Positions 30,735-43,545 of a stretch of DNA of 59,144 bases are shown here, piece by piece; the stretch's first letter is position 1, and the number at the start of each line of letters is the position of its first letter. A program made the translations under genes and the position numbers. Source of the DNA: Salpingoeca rosetta (taxonomy: Eukaryota; Protista; Choanoflagellata). A model generated the notes under the pieces. It had not been told where the DNA came from. It saw nothing but the letters and a program-made list of their open reading frames with translations, and ran no database searches. The stretch covers positions 2,093,810 through 2,152,953 of the forward strand of contig JAWQFM010000003.1 of assembly GCA_033442325.1 (NCBI GenBank), written 5' to 3'.

Positions 30735-33700
30735 TTTGTGGGCCAGCTCTGTCTGCTCAATGTGCTCCACCACTTGTCCGCACACGCCACAGCCCTGGCG
30801 CAGCGGTGTCATATCCGTGGCAAACACAAGCTGCATGCGGTGGAATGCAGGGCAGATGATGCACTCCTCCGCCAGCACCACCGTCGCCGTGCCCGTCTGC
30901 AGAGCGTTCATGAGCGCCGCCTTGGCTTCGTCCGCAGCACCAACCACCCACTTGTTGCCCACCTGGCACACGACGTCGTGCCGGAACACCCTGTTTGTCT
31001 TGGCCGCGCTGCTGTTGGCGTGAACATCGCTCACCACCAGCCCAACGCGCTCGCCCATCACCTCAATGCCGGCCTGCGTCAGCGTCTTCCCCGTCAGCAC
31101 CACACGGCGCAGCGAACCAGACCTGTCCGTAGCACCAGCACCGCCAGCACCGCCAGCACCGCCAGCACCACCCTTGCTCCATGAACCGCCGCTAGCTACG
31201 GCCACCGCGCCACCCCTTGCCTTGGCATTGGGTCGGTTGGTGCGCCTGGCCGCCACCAGCCCCACCACGGGCCGCCCATCTTGTTGTCCCTGAGCATGTG
31301 CTTGGCGCAGAGCGTGCTGTTGTTGGACCTGGTGGTCGAGCACCGCTTCGAGATCAGACATCTCGCCGGCGCCGAGGGCTCCGCGTGCCTTGCCCCTGCC
31401 ATTGGTCTTGGAGTTGCGGGCGCTGCCGCCTGCGTCCTCCGCGACGTTGGTGGGGGCGTCGGTGCTCCGTGCTGGAGATTGTGCTTCCGGCACGTTGCTG
31501 CGGGCAAGCACGGCAATGGCCTCTGACTCTGTGCACTTTGTCGTGGCCATGACGGCGCGAACCCTGTGCGCATACTCCACGCACACGTTGTTGAAGGCGC
31601 GCACAGACGGGTTGTACTCCGCCACCTTGCGCTCCAGTTCGCTGGCATCCGTGCCCGACAGAGTGCCGCGCGAGCGCAGGTTGTCGTCCACAAACAGGTA
31701 AAAGTGCGGGGTTGGAGTGGAAGACGGATCCGCGCTGGCTCCGCCACTGCCAAAGCCACCACCACCACCACCAAAATTGCTGCCGCCAAAGCCACCACCG
31801 CCACCAAAGCCCGTGCCCTTGCTCTTGCTCTTGCTCTTCTCACTCTTCTCGGCCTCAATCTCCATTCGCTGCTCGAAGGAGGTTTTGTCGATGCCCGGCA
31901 AGGCAACAAAGTCCACGTTGTGGTACTTGTCGGCGATGGCGCGGAGCGCGTCAGCCATGGTCGTGTCCTCCGCGTACGCGTTGAACAGGATGACGACGAC
32001 AACAGACTTGCGCGTGGTGTTGTGGGACAGCAGCATCTGCCGCCACGCGTTGGCGCCAAACCCAGCCGAGTTGGTGTCTGTCTGCGAGAAGATGCGCAGG
32101 CGGTTTGGCTTGCGCTTGTGCAGATCCCGCAAGCCGTCGTCGTCAAAGTACACCCACGAGGAGCCGCTCTTTCGCTTGGGCAACCGCAGCTTCAGCATGG
32201 TCTTCTTGTGCTCAGTTGAGGCGGCGCTGGTGCTGTCGCTCTCGCTGGTGTTGGTGGCGTCCTGCGCATTCTCATCCTGCTGCTCAACAGCACCACTGCC
32301 GGCGCCATAACCGACATTGACATCAACATCACCATCCGCGTCATCAAACGAGTCATCGCCGCCGTTGCGGGCGGTGCCGAGCTTGCCCAGGATGGCCAGC
32401 AGGTGCTGGCGGCGGTTGTGGTTCCACACCAGGTGCGCCTCGGCGTGGTTGTTCGGGTCATACGCGGGCTGCTTCTCCGACCACACCACCATGTTCTCAA
32501 GCACCTGCAGCTCGTCCTCGGCGCTGAGGCGGCACTCGGCACTCACGTGCGCCAGGCGCTGCGCGTACTCGTGGAAGAACTGCGTCACGTTCAGCGTCAT
32601 TCCGCGCAGGCCGCCCACCGTCATGCCCTGTGGCTGCACGGCGCCGGCAGTGACGTTGAGCACGCGCAGGATGCAGGCCAGCGCATCCGGGTGCCTGTCC
32701 TGTGCTGCTGGGCCGGAGAGCAGGGCGAAGAGCTGCATCTCCTCGGGCGTGAGCGTCGTGTCTGTGCTGATGGTCTGCGCAAGGCGGAAGCACTCTGCGT
32801 AGTCGCGGTGCAGCAGGCGCAGGAGCAGCAGGTACAGCGCAGAGGCCAGCGTCGGCGTGAACAGGAATGACAGCGACACGTGCACGGGGTACAGAAAGTA
32901 TGGCGTCTCCAGCTCTTGTGCCCACGCCTTGTCGTCAAACTTGAGTACGAGCTCTGTGGAGAAGGGGCAGTTGGCAATGTTTGGTCGGTGCACGCGCACG
33001 GCCGGTACCAGAATCTGCATCTCGTCGTTGCTGTTGGCCAGCAGCAGGGAGTGCGGCAGGCCCCGCAGCAGGCGGTTGGTGCGGGCGTTGCGGGCGTTGG
33101 TGACAAACAAGTCATTGTAGTCGCGGCTGAAGAGACGCGGCACGCCACCTGCTTCGCACTTGCGCTCCGTAAACGACAGCTTGAGGTCTGGCAGCTCCAC
33201 CAGCGTCACAGCGGTGTCTTGCGGCACCCACGTGATGCGAGGCGGCAGCCCTGCCCACTCCGCCGCACCAGCACTAGCGCCGTTGCTGTTGCTGTTGTTG
33301 GCGCTGGCGTTTGACGTGGCAGAAGGCATGGAAGCGGTGGTGGTGGTGGTGGTGGTGGTGCTGTTGCTGCTGCTGTTGTTGTTGTTTGTACGCAGCACGG
33401 CTTCAGGGCCCTTCTTGCCGTAAATTTGGCTCTCGTGCACCCAAACCAGTGCACGCCCGAGCGGCGAGATGCGCGCAACCACCTGTGCCAGCGAGTGGTA
33501 TTTGCTGCCAGGCATGGCATACAGCAGGTTCACCAGCTGCAGCGGATCGGCCAGCGTGCCAATCTTCGACATGTCCACCTTGACCAGCTTATGCTTCGCA
33601 TCAGCCCCAGCGGTACCGTCGTTGCTGCTGTTGCCTCCCTCTTGCTTCTCCTTCTCCTTCTCCTTCTCGTGCTGCTCCTTTTCCATGGCCTGCAGCTCGG

Positions 33701-36700
33701 CCTGGAGGGCCTGTTTCAGCTCTGCAAACGTTGCAAAGGGGGACCTTGCGCGCTGGCGACGACGACGACGCCGCTCACGCCGCCGCTGTTGCCGCTGTTG
33801 CCGCTGCTCACGCTGTTGGGCAGCCGTTTCTGCATGCACGCTTGCATTGCCACCCTCCTTCTGCTGCTGCTGCTGCTGCTGTTGTTGTTGTTGTTGTTGT
33901 TTTTCCTGCAGCCTTTGCTGCTTGTCGAGCTGGCGCTGCTGCTCATCTTGGGCTTGCTCCTGCTGCATCTTTGTGTGGTGGTGTTCGGCAACGCGCACAA
34001 TGGCTTTCGCGACATGTGCAGATGCGTAGCCAAGCCCATCCAGCAACCTTTCGCACGCCTTCAAGAAGTGGTAGGGGCTTGGAAGGCCACACGCGCGCGC
34101 ACGCCGCTGCTCATACTCAGCCGTCCAAACATCTTCGTCCTCTTCCTCTTCCTCTTCCTCCTCATCTCGAGCTTCGTCATCGACGTCATCATCTGATGAT
34201 GACACTGAGTACGCGTCCATGCCCACAGCGCTGCCGTCGTCGCCGCCACCAGCAGCAGCAGCAGCAGTGCGCGCAGCAATGACGCGGGCGCGGTGGCGGG
34301 CAAGGCGCTTGCGAGCGGCGGCTGCATCAGTGCCGCTGTCTGTGTTGGCCCCAACACGCTGCGCCTGCCGCTGCTGCTCCAGATGCAGGTCATCGTCGCC
34401 TTCGTCGTCAGAGTACACCTGCGTATCTGCCAGGTCCGTGCGCAGGACCTTCACTTCAAGCTCATACTGGAAGCGGTACGGGACGGCGCCAAGCGCGTTG
34501 TAGTACGAGTCCTCGCCGTCGCTATCGCTGTCCACGGCAGTGGCAGCGTTTGCAGCATGCTGCTTGCCAGGGTGCTGGAAGAGCTTTCCCCGGCCTCCTT
34601 TCTTCTTTGCCGCGAGCTTGCGCCGTGGCTTTTTCTTCTCCTTGGCACGGCGCGCCGGCTGGTTGGGGTCCACCGTCACGGTTGTGGATGCCAGCACCAC
34701 GTTTGTGGTCAGCGGCTTGTTCTTGCGCTTGTCGGTTGCTCCGTCGCCGCTGGCGTTGGTGGTTCCCGCTCGTTCTTCTGCGGCATCAGCGTTGCCTTCC
34801 TTGCCCTTGCCAGAACCCTCCGTGCTGCTGGCATTGTCACCGGTGCCACCAGTATTATCAGCAGCAGCAGCAGCAGCAGTCGTGGCGACACCGTTGCCAC
34901 CTGCGCCGCGCTTGCTGGGCTCGCTGGCCACCGCGTTGTCAATGGCCATGCGCACGCGCGATGCATGCGTGTCGATGAGCGCGAGGTTGGTGACCTTGCG
35001 CACGCGGTTGAGGGGCGCGTCTGTCTTGAGGCGGTCCCACTTGCGCTCCTGGCACCTGTCGTCGACCAGGCGGGTCTTCTCCAGCGCCAGGAACACGTCC
35101 AGCACGGCCTCGTGGCGACGGCGCACGTCTGCCAGCGCAAACCGCCGCACGCGCGCCTCCCCGTCCGGCACCGTGCTCTGGTCAATACCGGCAACGAGCT
35201 GCACGCGCACCTCCAGCATATCTGTGCGGGCGTCCTTGTCGCGCGGGTAGCCGCGCACGACGTCGTCCTCGTCCTGCCAGAACATGTACTGCTCCAGCAG
35301 CACGCTCGGCAGCAGACCCCGCAGGATCCACGGCGGCAGGTACATCTCCGTGCCGCCCGACACGTTCTCGCCCTGGTCCCACCCGCGGGTGATGACGGCG
35401 GAGAGCGGCGTGGCGCCCGTCGCACCGCCAAAGGGGTTGCTGTGCACGCTGCCCGCAGCAAAGCGCGCCCACTCCGGCCAGGGCTGGTTGCGGTCGGACA
35501 AGCTGGGCTGCAGGTGCAGGTACGACATGCGCGCGTCGGTGGTGAAGACGAGCGTGCGGTAGAAGCGGCGCCCAAAGCTGAGGAGGCGGTACACGTGGAT
35601 GGCCTGCTGTCCGCGCAGCAGCCACACCTCGTGCGTGGGCAGCATGGTGCACGGGTGCAGCACAATCAGGCGCGCGAGGTTGGCGCGCGTGTGCGTCGTC
35701 TCGTCCATCATGATGGGGATGGGCATAAACGGGTTGTAGAAGGCGGCAAAGCGCAGGGGCTCAAACAGCTCCGCCATCCACTGCTCGTGCTCCTGCAGCG
35801 CGTGCGGGATGTACTCGCGGTCAGCCTCTGTGAACCAGGGCCGGTCGTCCGTCGTGCGCCACAGCTGGATGTCGTGGTTGCGGCCAATCAGCCGCACCCA
35901 CACGCGGTTCGTCGCCTCCTCCACCGTGGTGCACTGGAAGTTTGGCTGGTGTCCAAACACGTCCACCACCTCCGGCTGGTTCAGAAACTCTGCGGGCAGC
36001 GCCATGAGGTGCGACTTGTTCACCGTCAGCTGCATAATCTGCATGTCCAGCTCAATCGGCAAGTTGCGGTCGGGCAGCGTGTCCACCACCGCATCATCAT
36101 CATCATCGTCAACAGAATCGGCGGCGTCAGCAGCGTGTGCTGTGGTTGCTGCTGTTGCTGTTGTCTCTGCAGTGGTTGTGGTTGTGTCTGCTGTGGTTGC
36201 TGCTGATGCGATTGCGCCACTTGCTGTGGCGCCACCAGCGTGTTCAGCGTGGGTTGCCGGCTCAATGGGGAGCCGGCGCGTCGGCGAGGTGGTGAAGCGG
36301 CCACACGACGTCTTGCCCGCAACATAGGCCCAGCAGGCCATCAGCTTCTGCTCGGTGCCATCTGCTGCCCCTTCAGTATTCCCATCGGCTCCAGCAGGAG
36401 CGTTTGCAGCAGAGGCAGTGGTGGCAGCCTTGTTGCTGTTGTTGTTGTTTTTGTTGTTGTTGTTGTTATTTTTGTTGGCGTGCTGGCGGTGGGCCTTGAG
36501 GCGGCGCTGGCCGCTGCTGGACACAACGCGCACGGAGGCCTCACAGACAAGGGAGAGCCGGCGTGCGGTGGTGCTGTTGGCCCAGCGCACGAGGCGGTGG
36601 CGCACTGCCTGCAGGCACTCAAACATGTCCACGGAAGGCATGCTCAGGGTGGTGAAGTTCTGGCGCTTGTTGAGGAAGAGGAAGCCAGACACGAGGAGGC

Positions 36701-39700
36701 TGGCCACGTCCTCCGTCAGCTCCGCGAACTTGACGTTGCGGAAGACCAGCAGCAGGTGGGCGTAAAAGTTGGCCAGCAGGGAGCTGAGCTCGTCCAGCTG
36801 CGACTGGTCCTTGAGCTCCAGAATCTGGCGCGTGAAGCGCTCGATCCAGTGGTTGATGACGTTGTAGGCGCCGCGTCGCAGCTCCAGCCGCAGCTGCGAC
36901 AGCAGCGTCTGCAGCGTGGCCAGGGCCTCTGGCGACAGGGTGACGTCGCGCAGCACCGTGTGGTGCGTGTAGTTCTCGTGGGCGCCTTTGGCAATGTCGA
37001 TGAGCAGGGCGGCGTAGTTGTCCACGCGCGCCGCCAGCCGCGTGACAAAGAGGATGATGGGTGTGGTGGACTGCTTGGGGTCGCCCGTGTCCAGGTTGAG
37101 GGCCTGGCGCAGGAGCGCAATGCAGCACGACATGGTTGTCTCCGGGGAGCGGCTGAGCTCGTTGACGAGGATCCCATAAGGCGTGGCCAGCAGCTCACGG
37201 TCCGCCGTGGGCACGTGCGTGGGGGCGCGCGAGGTGTGCTGGCGCGCAAACCGCAGCGGCTCAAACAGCACCTCCTCCAGCACCTGGCGCAGCTGGTTGC
37301 ACTGCAGGGCCTGCACGCGGTCGTCGCTGCTGAAGAAGGAGAGCAGGAGCGGAATGCGCATGTAGGGCACGGTGAGGTAGGACAGCAGCAGCTCGCTGTC
37401 CTCCTGCGAGAGCGCGTCGTCAAAGGTGGGCAGCTTTGGCTCGTGCAGCACGTCGTCCTCCGTGGACAGGGGCTGGTTCGTAAGGTGCGGGGCGACGGAG
37501 GTGCGGCGGGTGGCGGGCGCCCCGACGAGGCTGATGCCGTTGCCCATCATGGTCACCTGGTACGCGCCGTTGTTCCAGACAAAGGCGAGGCGCGCCTCGA
37601 GCGGGTTGAGCGCGTTGGCGTACGACTCCTTGAGCTGGTGCATCTTCATGAGGTAGCAGATGTCGCGGTAGCAGCGCAGCTCGGGGAAGTTGTGCAGCAG
37701 CACCGTGCCGTCGTTCAGGTGCTGCTCAAAGGGCCCCTGCAGGCCAATCTCCTGGCACAGCGTGCGCAGGTAGCGCAGCGTGTACTTGTCGCACATGTTG
37801 CCGGGCGGGGGCCCCTGCTCGAAGCGGAAGATGGCGGGGCCAGGCAGGCCCTGGAAGTAGTCCATGGCGTTGGTGCGGGCCACGTTGAGCTCCGGGTGCG
37901 TGACGGGCACGTTCTGCAGCTGGCGCGGCAGCATGTGCAGGCCCAGGCCGTACCCGCGGCAGATGCGGCGCCCGTGCAGGGACTCGCCCATGAGGTGCAG
38001 GCACGCCTCGGAGGGGAGGTCTGTGGCGCGCTTCTTCATCACGGCGTCCGCCACGGCGGCGATGCACACGGGCACGCACAGGGCCAGGTCGATGGCGGGC
38101 TCGCCCGCGCTGTTGCGGTGGCACCAGAGGGCGTTGGAGAAGGCGAGCATGATGCGGTGCAGCATGATCATGAGGTCCAGCTGCCGCTCAAAGCGCATGC
38201 GCAGGCCCTGCCAGAAGCAGGCGGCGTGGTCGGGCGCGCGCTGGGACTTGGGCATGGGCAGCACCTGGCAGAAGGTGTGGGTGACCAGCGCCAGGACCAG
38301 GTTGGCGCGGTGCTTGACAAACTTGGCCTGGTTGATGGTGAGCATGCACAGCTTGTCGCAGTGGCGGATGGCGGCCAGCGCGTCGTCGTAGCACAGCACC
38401 TTCTGCGGGACCTGCGTAAAGTCCAGCGGCACGTACGCCACGGGCGGCACGGGCTGGCCCGCGTACCCGTCCGTGTCCTCCTGCCGAACCAGGTGGCCCG
38501 AGAGCGGGAAGGCGTCGTAGCGGTGGCGCTGCGCGTCCGGTGCAGACTGCATGGTGCAGGGCGGGGGCGGCCCGCTCTCCTTGGCAAAGCGCAGCGGCAG
38601 CTTGTCTGCGGCCGCATCGAGCGCAAACACAAACTCGCGCACGGCGTCCAGCTGCGCCAGGGAGACGGTGTTGGCGCGGGAGAGCTGGACGGCGGCGCTG
38701 GCGTATTGCCTGCAGGCAAGCGCAAGCATGGTGCGGTCGGAGGCGTCCAGCTTGCGCACGTGCGCCAGATCGTTGCGGGCGTACGTGAGCAGCGTGTGGC
38801 GCAGGCGCAGGTTCACAAAGTCGCACTGCTGGTGGGTGAATCCCTGCCGCCGCATCATGTAGTGCAGCGCGGCGCGGAACCCCTGGTGGAAGGCGAAAGG
38901 CGATGCGGCAAGGCGGTGGTAGTCGATGCACGCGTCGTCCTGCGTCTGCTGCAGGATGGTGTCTGGCGGGGCGTTGGCCAAGAACTCCACCAGCACGTCG
39001 TGCGTGCGCTGCAAGTTGCGGGCGGCGTAGGCGACGGCCCAGAACCCGTCGTTGGTGATGCGCTCAAAGGCCACCTCCGGCACAACAAAGGCGATGCGGT
39101 AGGTGACGCGCGGCAGCCCGGAGGCAAGCTCCACCCGCGTCTGCAGAAACTTGGTGGCGGCCTCGGAGCCCGTGTCGATGGCGACGACGCGTGCAGTGGC
39201 CACGGACGTGCGCTCCACCAGCAGCATGCTACCGTGCTCAGAGCGGCCAATGGGCAGCATGCACGTCTGCCCCACGGACAGGGACTCCAGCGCGGGCTTG
39301 AAGAGGGAGCGCATGTAACGGGCGTAAAACTGCGCGTTGAAGGGGAAGCGGCGCCACAGCGGCACGGCGCGCTGCAGCACGGCCGTGATCTCGTGCAGGT
39401 GCGCGCGCTGCGTGCTGTCAAAGGTGGTGAGCCAGTCGTTGTCGGTGCCCTGCGTGGTGACGCTGAGGGCCATGGCCAGCACGGGCAGCGTGCTCTGCAC
39501 CAGGGCGCCGCCAATCTGCGGGTGGGTCGGGGCCACGTGCATGTCGCCAAACTCGGCCACGAAGGTGGGGTGCTTCCAGATGGGCGGCGGCGAGCGGTAG
39601 AACGCGCTCAGCGTCAGCGAGGCAAACATGCGCTGCTCCTCCTTCTGCACGTTGTGCATGTACTCCGAGTACACGCCTGTGGCGGTGCTCTTGAGCGAGG

Positions 39701-39954
39701 CTGGGTCCAGCGCCGTGTTGAAGAAGCCAACGTGCCGCACCAGCACGCGTGCGTCTGCGTCGCCACGCAGGCGCAGCCGCGCCGGGAAGAGGGCCACGCT
39801 CGGCAGGTACTCCAGGTCCGGCGTCACATCAAACGAGGATGACGCGGGGGACGTGGGTCGCCAAAACGGCAGCCCACTGCTGCCTCGCTGTTTGTCAAAG
39901 CGCATGTTGCGGCGGGGACCAGAGAAGCCGCGTTGCTGCTGTTGCTGTTGTTGT

Positions 39955-39986
<32 letters not shown>

Positions 39987-40355
39987 CTGGTGGCGGTGGT
40001 GGGATGATGATTGATCTGCATCAAGGTCGATGACAGTCACGTTGCCGTCATCGTCGTCAGCGTTGTTGTCTTTGGTGGTGGTGTGGTCCCCAGCTGTGCC
40101 ATCCTCGTTGTCGCTGTTAGCATCACCATCGCCGTCCCCTTGCTCTTCGTTGGTCTTCTTCTCGCTCTTGCGCGTTTTGCGCTGCCCGATGGAAAACGCA
40201 GCAAGCGGCTTGGCGTTCAGAAACACGCCCACGTGCTGGGAGGACACGACGAGGGCGAGGGAGAACCACTTGTGGAAGGGGATGGTGCGGTCCTCGTGGT
40301 CGCGCTGCGTGCTCTTGTCCACCTGACCAACTTCGTTCACCAGCTCCACTTTGCC
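16050..40355 (-). CDS. Giant multidomain DUF3638/DUF3645 protein (SecA/SF2-like ATPase core, EF-hand pair, thioredoxin-, UBA-, PDZ-, Zn-finger-, LamG- and KIX-like modules, FG-rich tail); >7,000 aa; 5' end across the gap
   Basis: One 11,079-bp exon (40355-29277) is followed by about 15 further exons. Motifs: YDPRYLVFEF..LLRRPQV...KQMIMG/AGKTTVIGPL (Walker A, DUF3638), IMDEVDLILHP (Walker B), LAIPFVGKDVPSRSSEFAHPDV (DUF3645), GFSGTP, ALIDTGAL, FYDQVHTTGMDIK, QGAFRMR, EF-hands DADKNGLVSASE and DVDGDGQLSYTE. The stop follows GGGSGWSF. Confidence 0.82.
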
Positions 40356-40692
40356 CTGATGCAAGGGGATGGGGGTGTTGCGGTGGTGTGGTGTGGGGGG
40401 GGGGGGGGGAGGAAACTACATTTTTTTTGACTTTTGATTTTTTGATTTTTTTTTGCCAATCTGGGAGAGTGGTAATATGATGAGAATAGACGTGTATTGT
40501 TTTTTTTTTTTATTGTATTTTTTATATTTTTTTTTTTTTTTTTTTTTTTTTATGGTTGTGTATTGGATTAGGAAAAATAAGAAGCCGGGAAGCACAAGCA
40601 TATGTATACTTCGCTCCGTGTGGCTGGTCCACTTAACTAGGAATATGTTATTTGATTAGTGTCTTATTTCTTTTTGTCTTTATTCTTTTTTT

Positions 40693-41153
40693 NNNNNNNN
40701 NNNNNNNNNNNNNNNNNNNNNNNNNNNNNNNNNNNNNNNNNNNNNNNNNNNNNNNNNNNNNNNNNNNNNNNNNNNNNNNNNNNNNNNNNNNNNNNNNNNN
40801 NNNNNNNNNNNNNNNNNNNNNNNNNNNNNNNNNNNNNNNNNNNNNNNNNNNNNNNNNNNNNNNNNNNNNNNNNNNNNNNNNNNNNNNNNNNNNNNNNNNN
40901 NNNNNNNNNNNNNNNNNNNNNNNNNNNNNNNNNNNNNNNNNNNNNNNNNNNNNNNNNNNNNNNNNNNNNNNNNNNNNNNNNNNNNNNNNNNNNNNNNNNN
41001 NNNNNNNNNNNNNNNNNNNNNNNNNNNNNNNNNNNNNNNNNNNNNNNNNNNNNNNNNNNNNNNNNNNNNNNNNNNNNNNNNNNNNNNNNNNNNNNNNNNN
41101 NNNNNNNNNNNNNNNNNNNNNNNNNNNNNNNNNNNNNNNNNNNNNNNNNNNNN
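40693..41153. other. Assembly gap (N run), preceded by low-quality AT-rich sequence at ~40390-40692
   Basis: Run of N. The homopolymer-rich AT sequence next to it is unlike the rest of the window. Confidence 0.97.
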
Positions 41154-41319
41154 TGTGTGTGTGTGTGTGCGTACGTGTGTGCGTATGTGTGCGTGTGTGT
41201 CGTGTATGTGTGTGTGTATGTGTGTGTGTGTGTGTCTTGCACAGTGTACTCTTGCGTGTGTCGCACATGTACACGTGTGTCTCTTGCACAGGTCAAACTG
41301 TACAGTGCTCTTTCTTACG

Positions 41320-42450
41320 TCGGAGAGCATCGGCAAGTCTGCGCCGCGAAAGTCCCAGGAAAAGGTGGAGGGCAAACTTGGGCGGGAATACGACATGTCG
41401 TCATCGTCATCGCGCTCAAAAAACCTATTTTGTGCGTGTGTGTGTGTGTTTGAGGTGGGACCTGTGCCGTTGGTGTTGTTGTGGGACACTGGCAGCATTG
41501 TGGGTTTGGCTACGAAATGCACACGCGACACATGCGGCTCACTGCTCTCGTTCGACGTCGTCCGTGGACATTTGGACCGTGTAAGCCTCAGGCAGGTGCA
41601 GGCCAGTGGCGTCCGTTTCCACGGTTCTTCCAGCCTCCACCTGCACGCCTTGCGCCGGCAGGTGGCCAGGGGCCTTTCCACCGCCTGCAAAGGGTGCGTG
41701 TTTGTGTCAATGTGAGTGTGAGTGTGTCAATGTGTGCGTTCGTTTGTGCGTTCGTTTGTGCGTTCGTTTGTGCGTTCGTTTGTGCATGTGGGTGTGTGTG
41801 TGTGTGTGGGTGTGCATGTATGTAGACGCAGGTACAGGTACGAGAGATGTCATCGTGCATTGAGGACAACGTACCAAAGCCCGACTTGCGGGCTGCTGCA
41901 ATGCACGGGATCAGTCGAATTGAGTGTGTGTGTGTGTGTGAGTGTGAGTGAGTGTGTGTGAGTGTGTGTGAGTGGGAGCGTGAGAACATGTGTGAGTGTG
42001 AGTGTGAGCGTGAGTGAGTGGGATCGATTAACTAAAATGCACAAGAAGGGAATCATGCAGTCTCAGTACACACACACACACAAGCCTACACACACACACA
42101 CACGCACACACACGCACACGCGCGCGGTACTTTGTCGCGTGCGAGCCATCGTCGTCGTCGTAGTCGTCGATGCCAGTCAACAAGGCACAGGTAAATGGCG
42201 CAAGCGATGCAAACCGTGGACAACCCCGCCAAAGGGCGCGTGTGGGCGACTCCAAGAAGAAAGCAGGCACAACAAAACAAAAGCAAAAAAGCAGGCAAAG
42301 ATCGGTGGACGAGGCACGAGCACGATGAGACAGGTTGTCGTCGGTGCTGTTGTTGTTTGATGTGCTCACTGACTGGCTGCCAAAAATGATCGTCCTCCGT
42401 AATTCCCCCAGGCTGGCAGTGAACTTCCCGCACAAAAACACCAAACAAAA
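41320..42450 (-). CDS. Probable 5' exons of the giant DUF3638 gene
   Basis: Non-repetitive minus-strand blocks between microsatellite introns: [54 protein letters not shown] (CxxC) and GIDDYDDDD. Same strand, directly upstream of the giant exon. Exact structure not resolved. Confidence 0.45.
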
Positions 42451-42684
42451 CAAACGAAAAACCTGTTTCTGCCTGTCGCCGTCGCGCTCAAACTTGCATG
42501 TGATGTGTTGTTTTTTTAAGGTACCAGGTTGAAGGCCTTGTTGTTGTTGTTGTTTTTTTGCGATTGCGTTCGACGATATTGTGGCTGATCATACAACGCA
42601 AACAACAACAGCGACGACGCTCACTCGAGACTGAGACAGCGACGACGCGGATCAACCAGCCAGAGAGGCGAGACGAGGGAGAAG

Positions 42685-43380
42685 ATGAAGCGAGGGGAGA
42701 GCGCTGTGGCGTGGGTGTACGCCGTGCTGAGTGCAGGCTTCTTCGCGGCATGCGGCTGGGCGCAGGTGAACGACCCGGACCCGGAACGCTGGGTCACCTT
42801 CTACGTCGTGTGCGGCAGCGTGACGGCGCTGGTGTGGGCAGCAACCGCCGCCGAAGCAACGGGGAGCACCGCCGCCGCCCTCGGCAGGCTCCTCTCGCTC
42901 GCAAGCCTAGTGCTGTCAAGCATGGTCACGGCGGTGTTGGCCAACGACGTGCTGCTAGTACTGGAGAAGGACGAGGACGGCGCGGTTGCACGGCTGCCAC
43001 CTCTGCTCACCGCAACTGGGCTCGCGCAGTGGTTCTGGCACGTGCTGGAGCTGGAGGAGGGCCGCGAGGTCATTGGCGTGCTGCTCCTCGTCATCCACAA
43101 CCTCCTCCTCGTGTTCACCTCGCAGGCGGCTGCCGCCAGTGCTGGCGCCCCAGCACAGAGCCAGGCCAAGAAGAGCAAGGCCAAGCGACAATTGAAGAAG
43201 AAGCCTGCGTGGTCGTGGGCACAGGTGCTCGGTATCCTGGCCATGCTGGCACTGCTCGGCGTCGCCGTGTACGCCTGGGTCGAGTACCAGCCGCTCATGA
43301 ACTCGCGCTACAACACGCCCCACTGCAACGGCGCCTTTGACCACCCTTTTGCCCACAACAATGACGCCAATCAACACTAA
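42685..43380 (+). CDS. TMEM220-family membrane protein, intronless
   Basis: FFAACGWAQVNDPDPERWVTFY and EEGREVIGVLL are TMEM220 family signature motifs; several hydrophobic helices. Confidence 0.82.
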   Translation: MKRGESAVAWVYAVLSAGFFAACGWAQVNDPDPERWVTFYVVCGSVTALVWAATAAEATGSTAAALGRLLSLASLVLSSMVTAVLANDVLLVLEKDEDGAVARLPPLLTATGLAQWFWHVLELEEGREVIGVLLLVIHNLLLVFTSQAAAASAGAPAQSQAKKSKAKRQLKKKPAWSWAQVLGILAMLALLGVAVYAWVEYQPLMNSRYNTPHCNGAFDHPFAHNNDANQH

Positions 43381-43545
43381 GCAAACCACCTGGTGCGTGT
43401 GTGTGTCTGTGTGTGTCTGTGTGTGTGTCTGTGTGTGTCTGTGTACGTATGTACGTGTGTGTGTGTCTGTGTGTGTGTCTGTGTCTGTGTACGTATGTAC
43501 GTGTGTTGTGGCTTGATTGCGGTGGGATAGCGAGGGGTGGTGTTA

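Noticed and set aside
36240-39842. 1,200-aa plus-strand ORF, and other long antisense ORFs (34293-36206, 20205-21851, 55087-56649)
   Set aside because: Antisense shadows of GC-rich coding sequence; no recognisable motifs.
40390-40692. AT-rich island suggesting foreign DNA
   Set aside because: It adjoins the N gap and is homopolymer-rich, typical of a low-quality read end.
41735-41786. Four copies of GTTCGTTTGTGC resembling a repeat array
   Set aside because: No spacers and no cas genes; a simple intronic tandem repeat.
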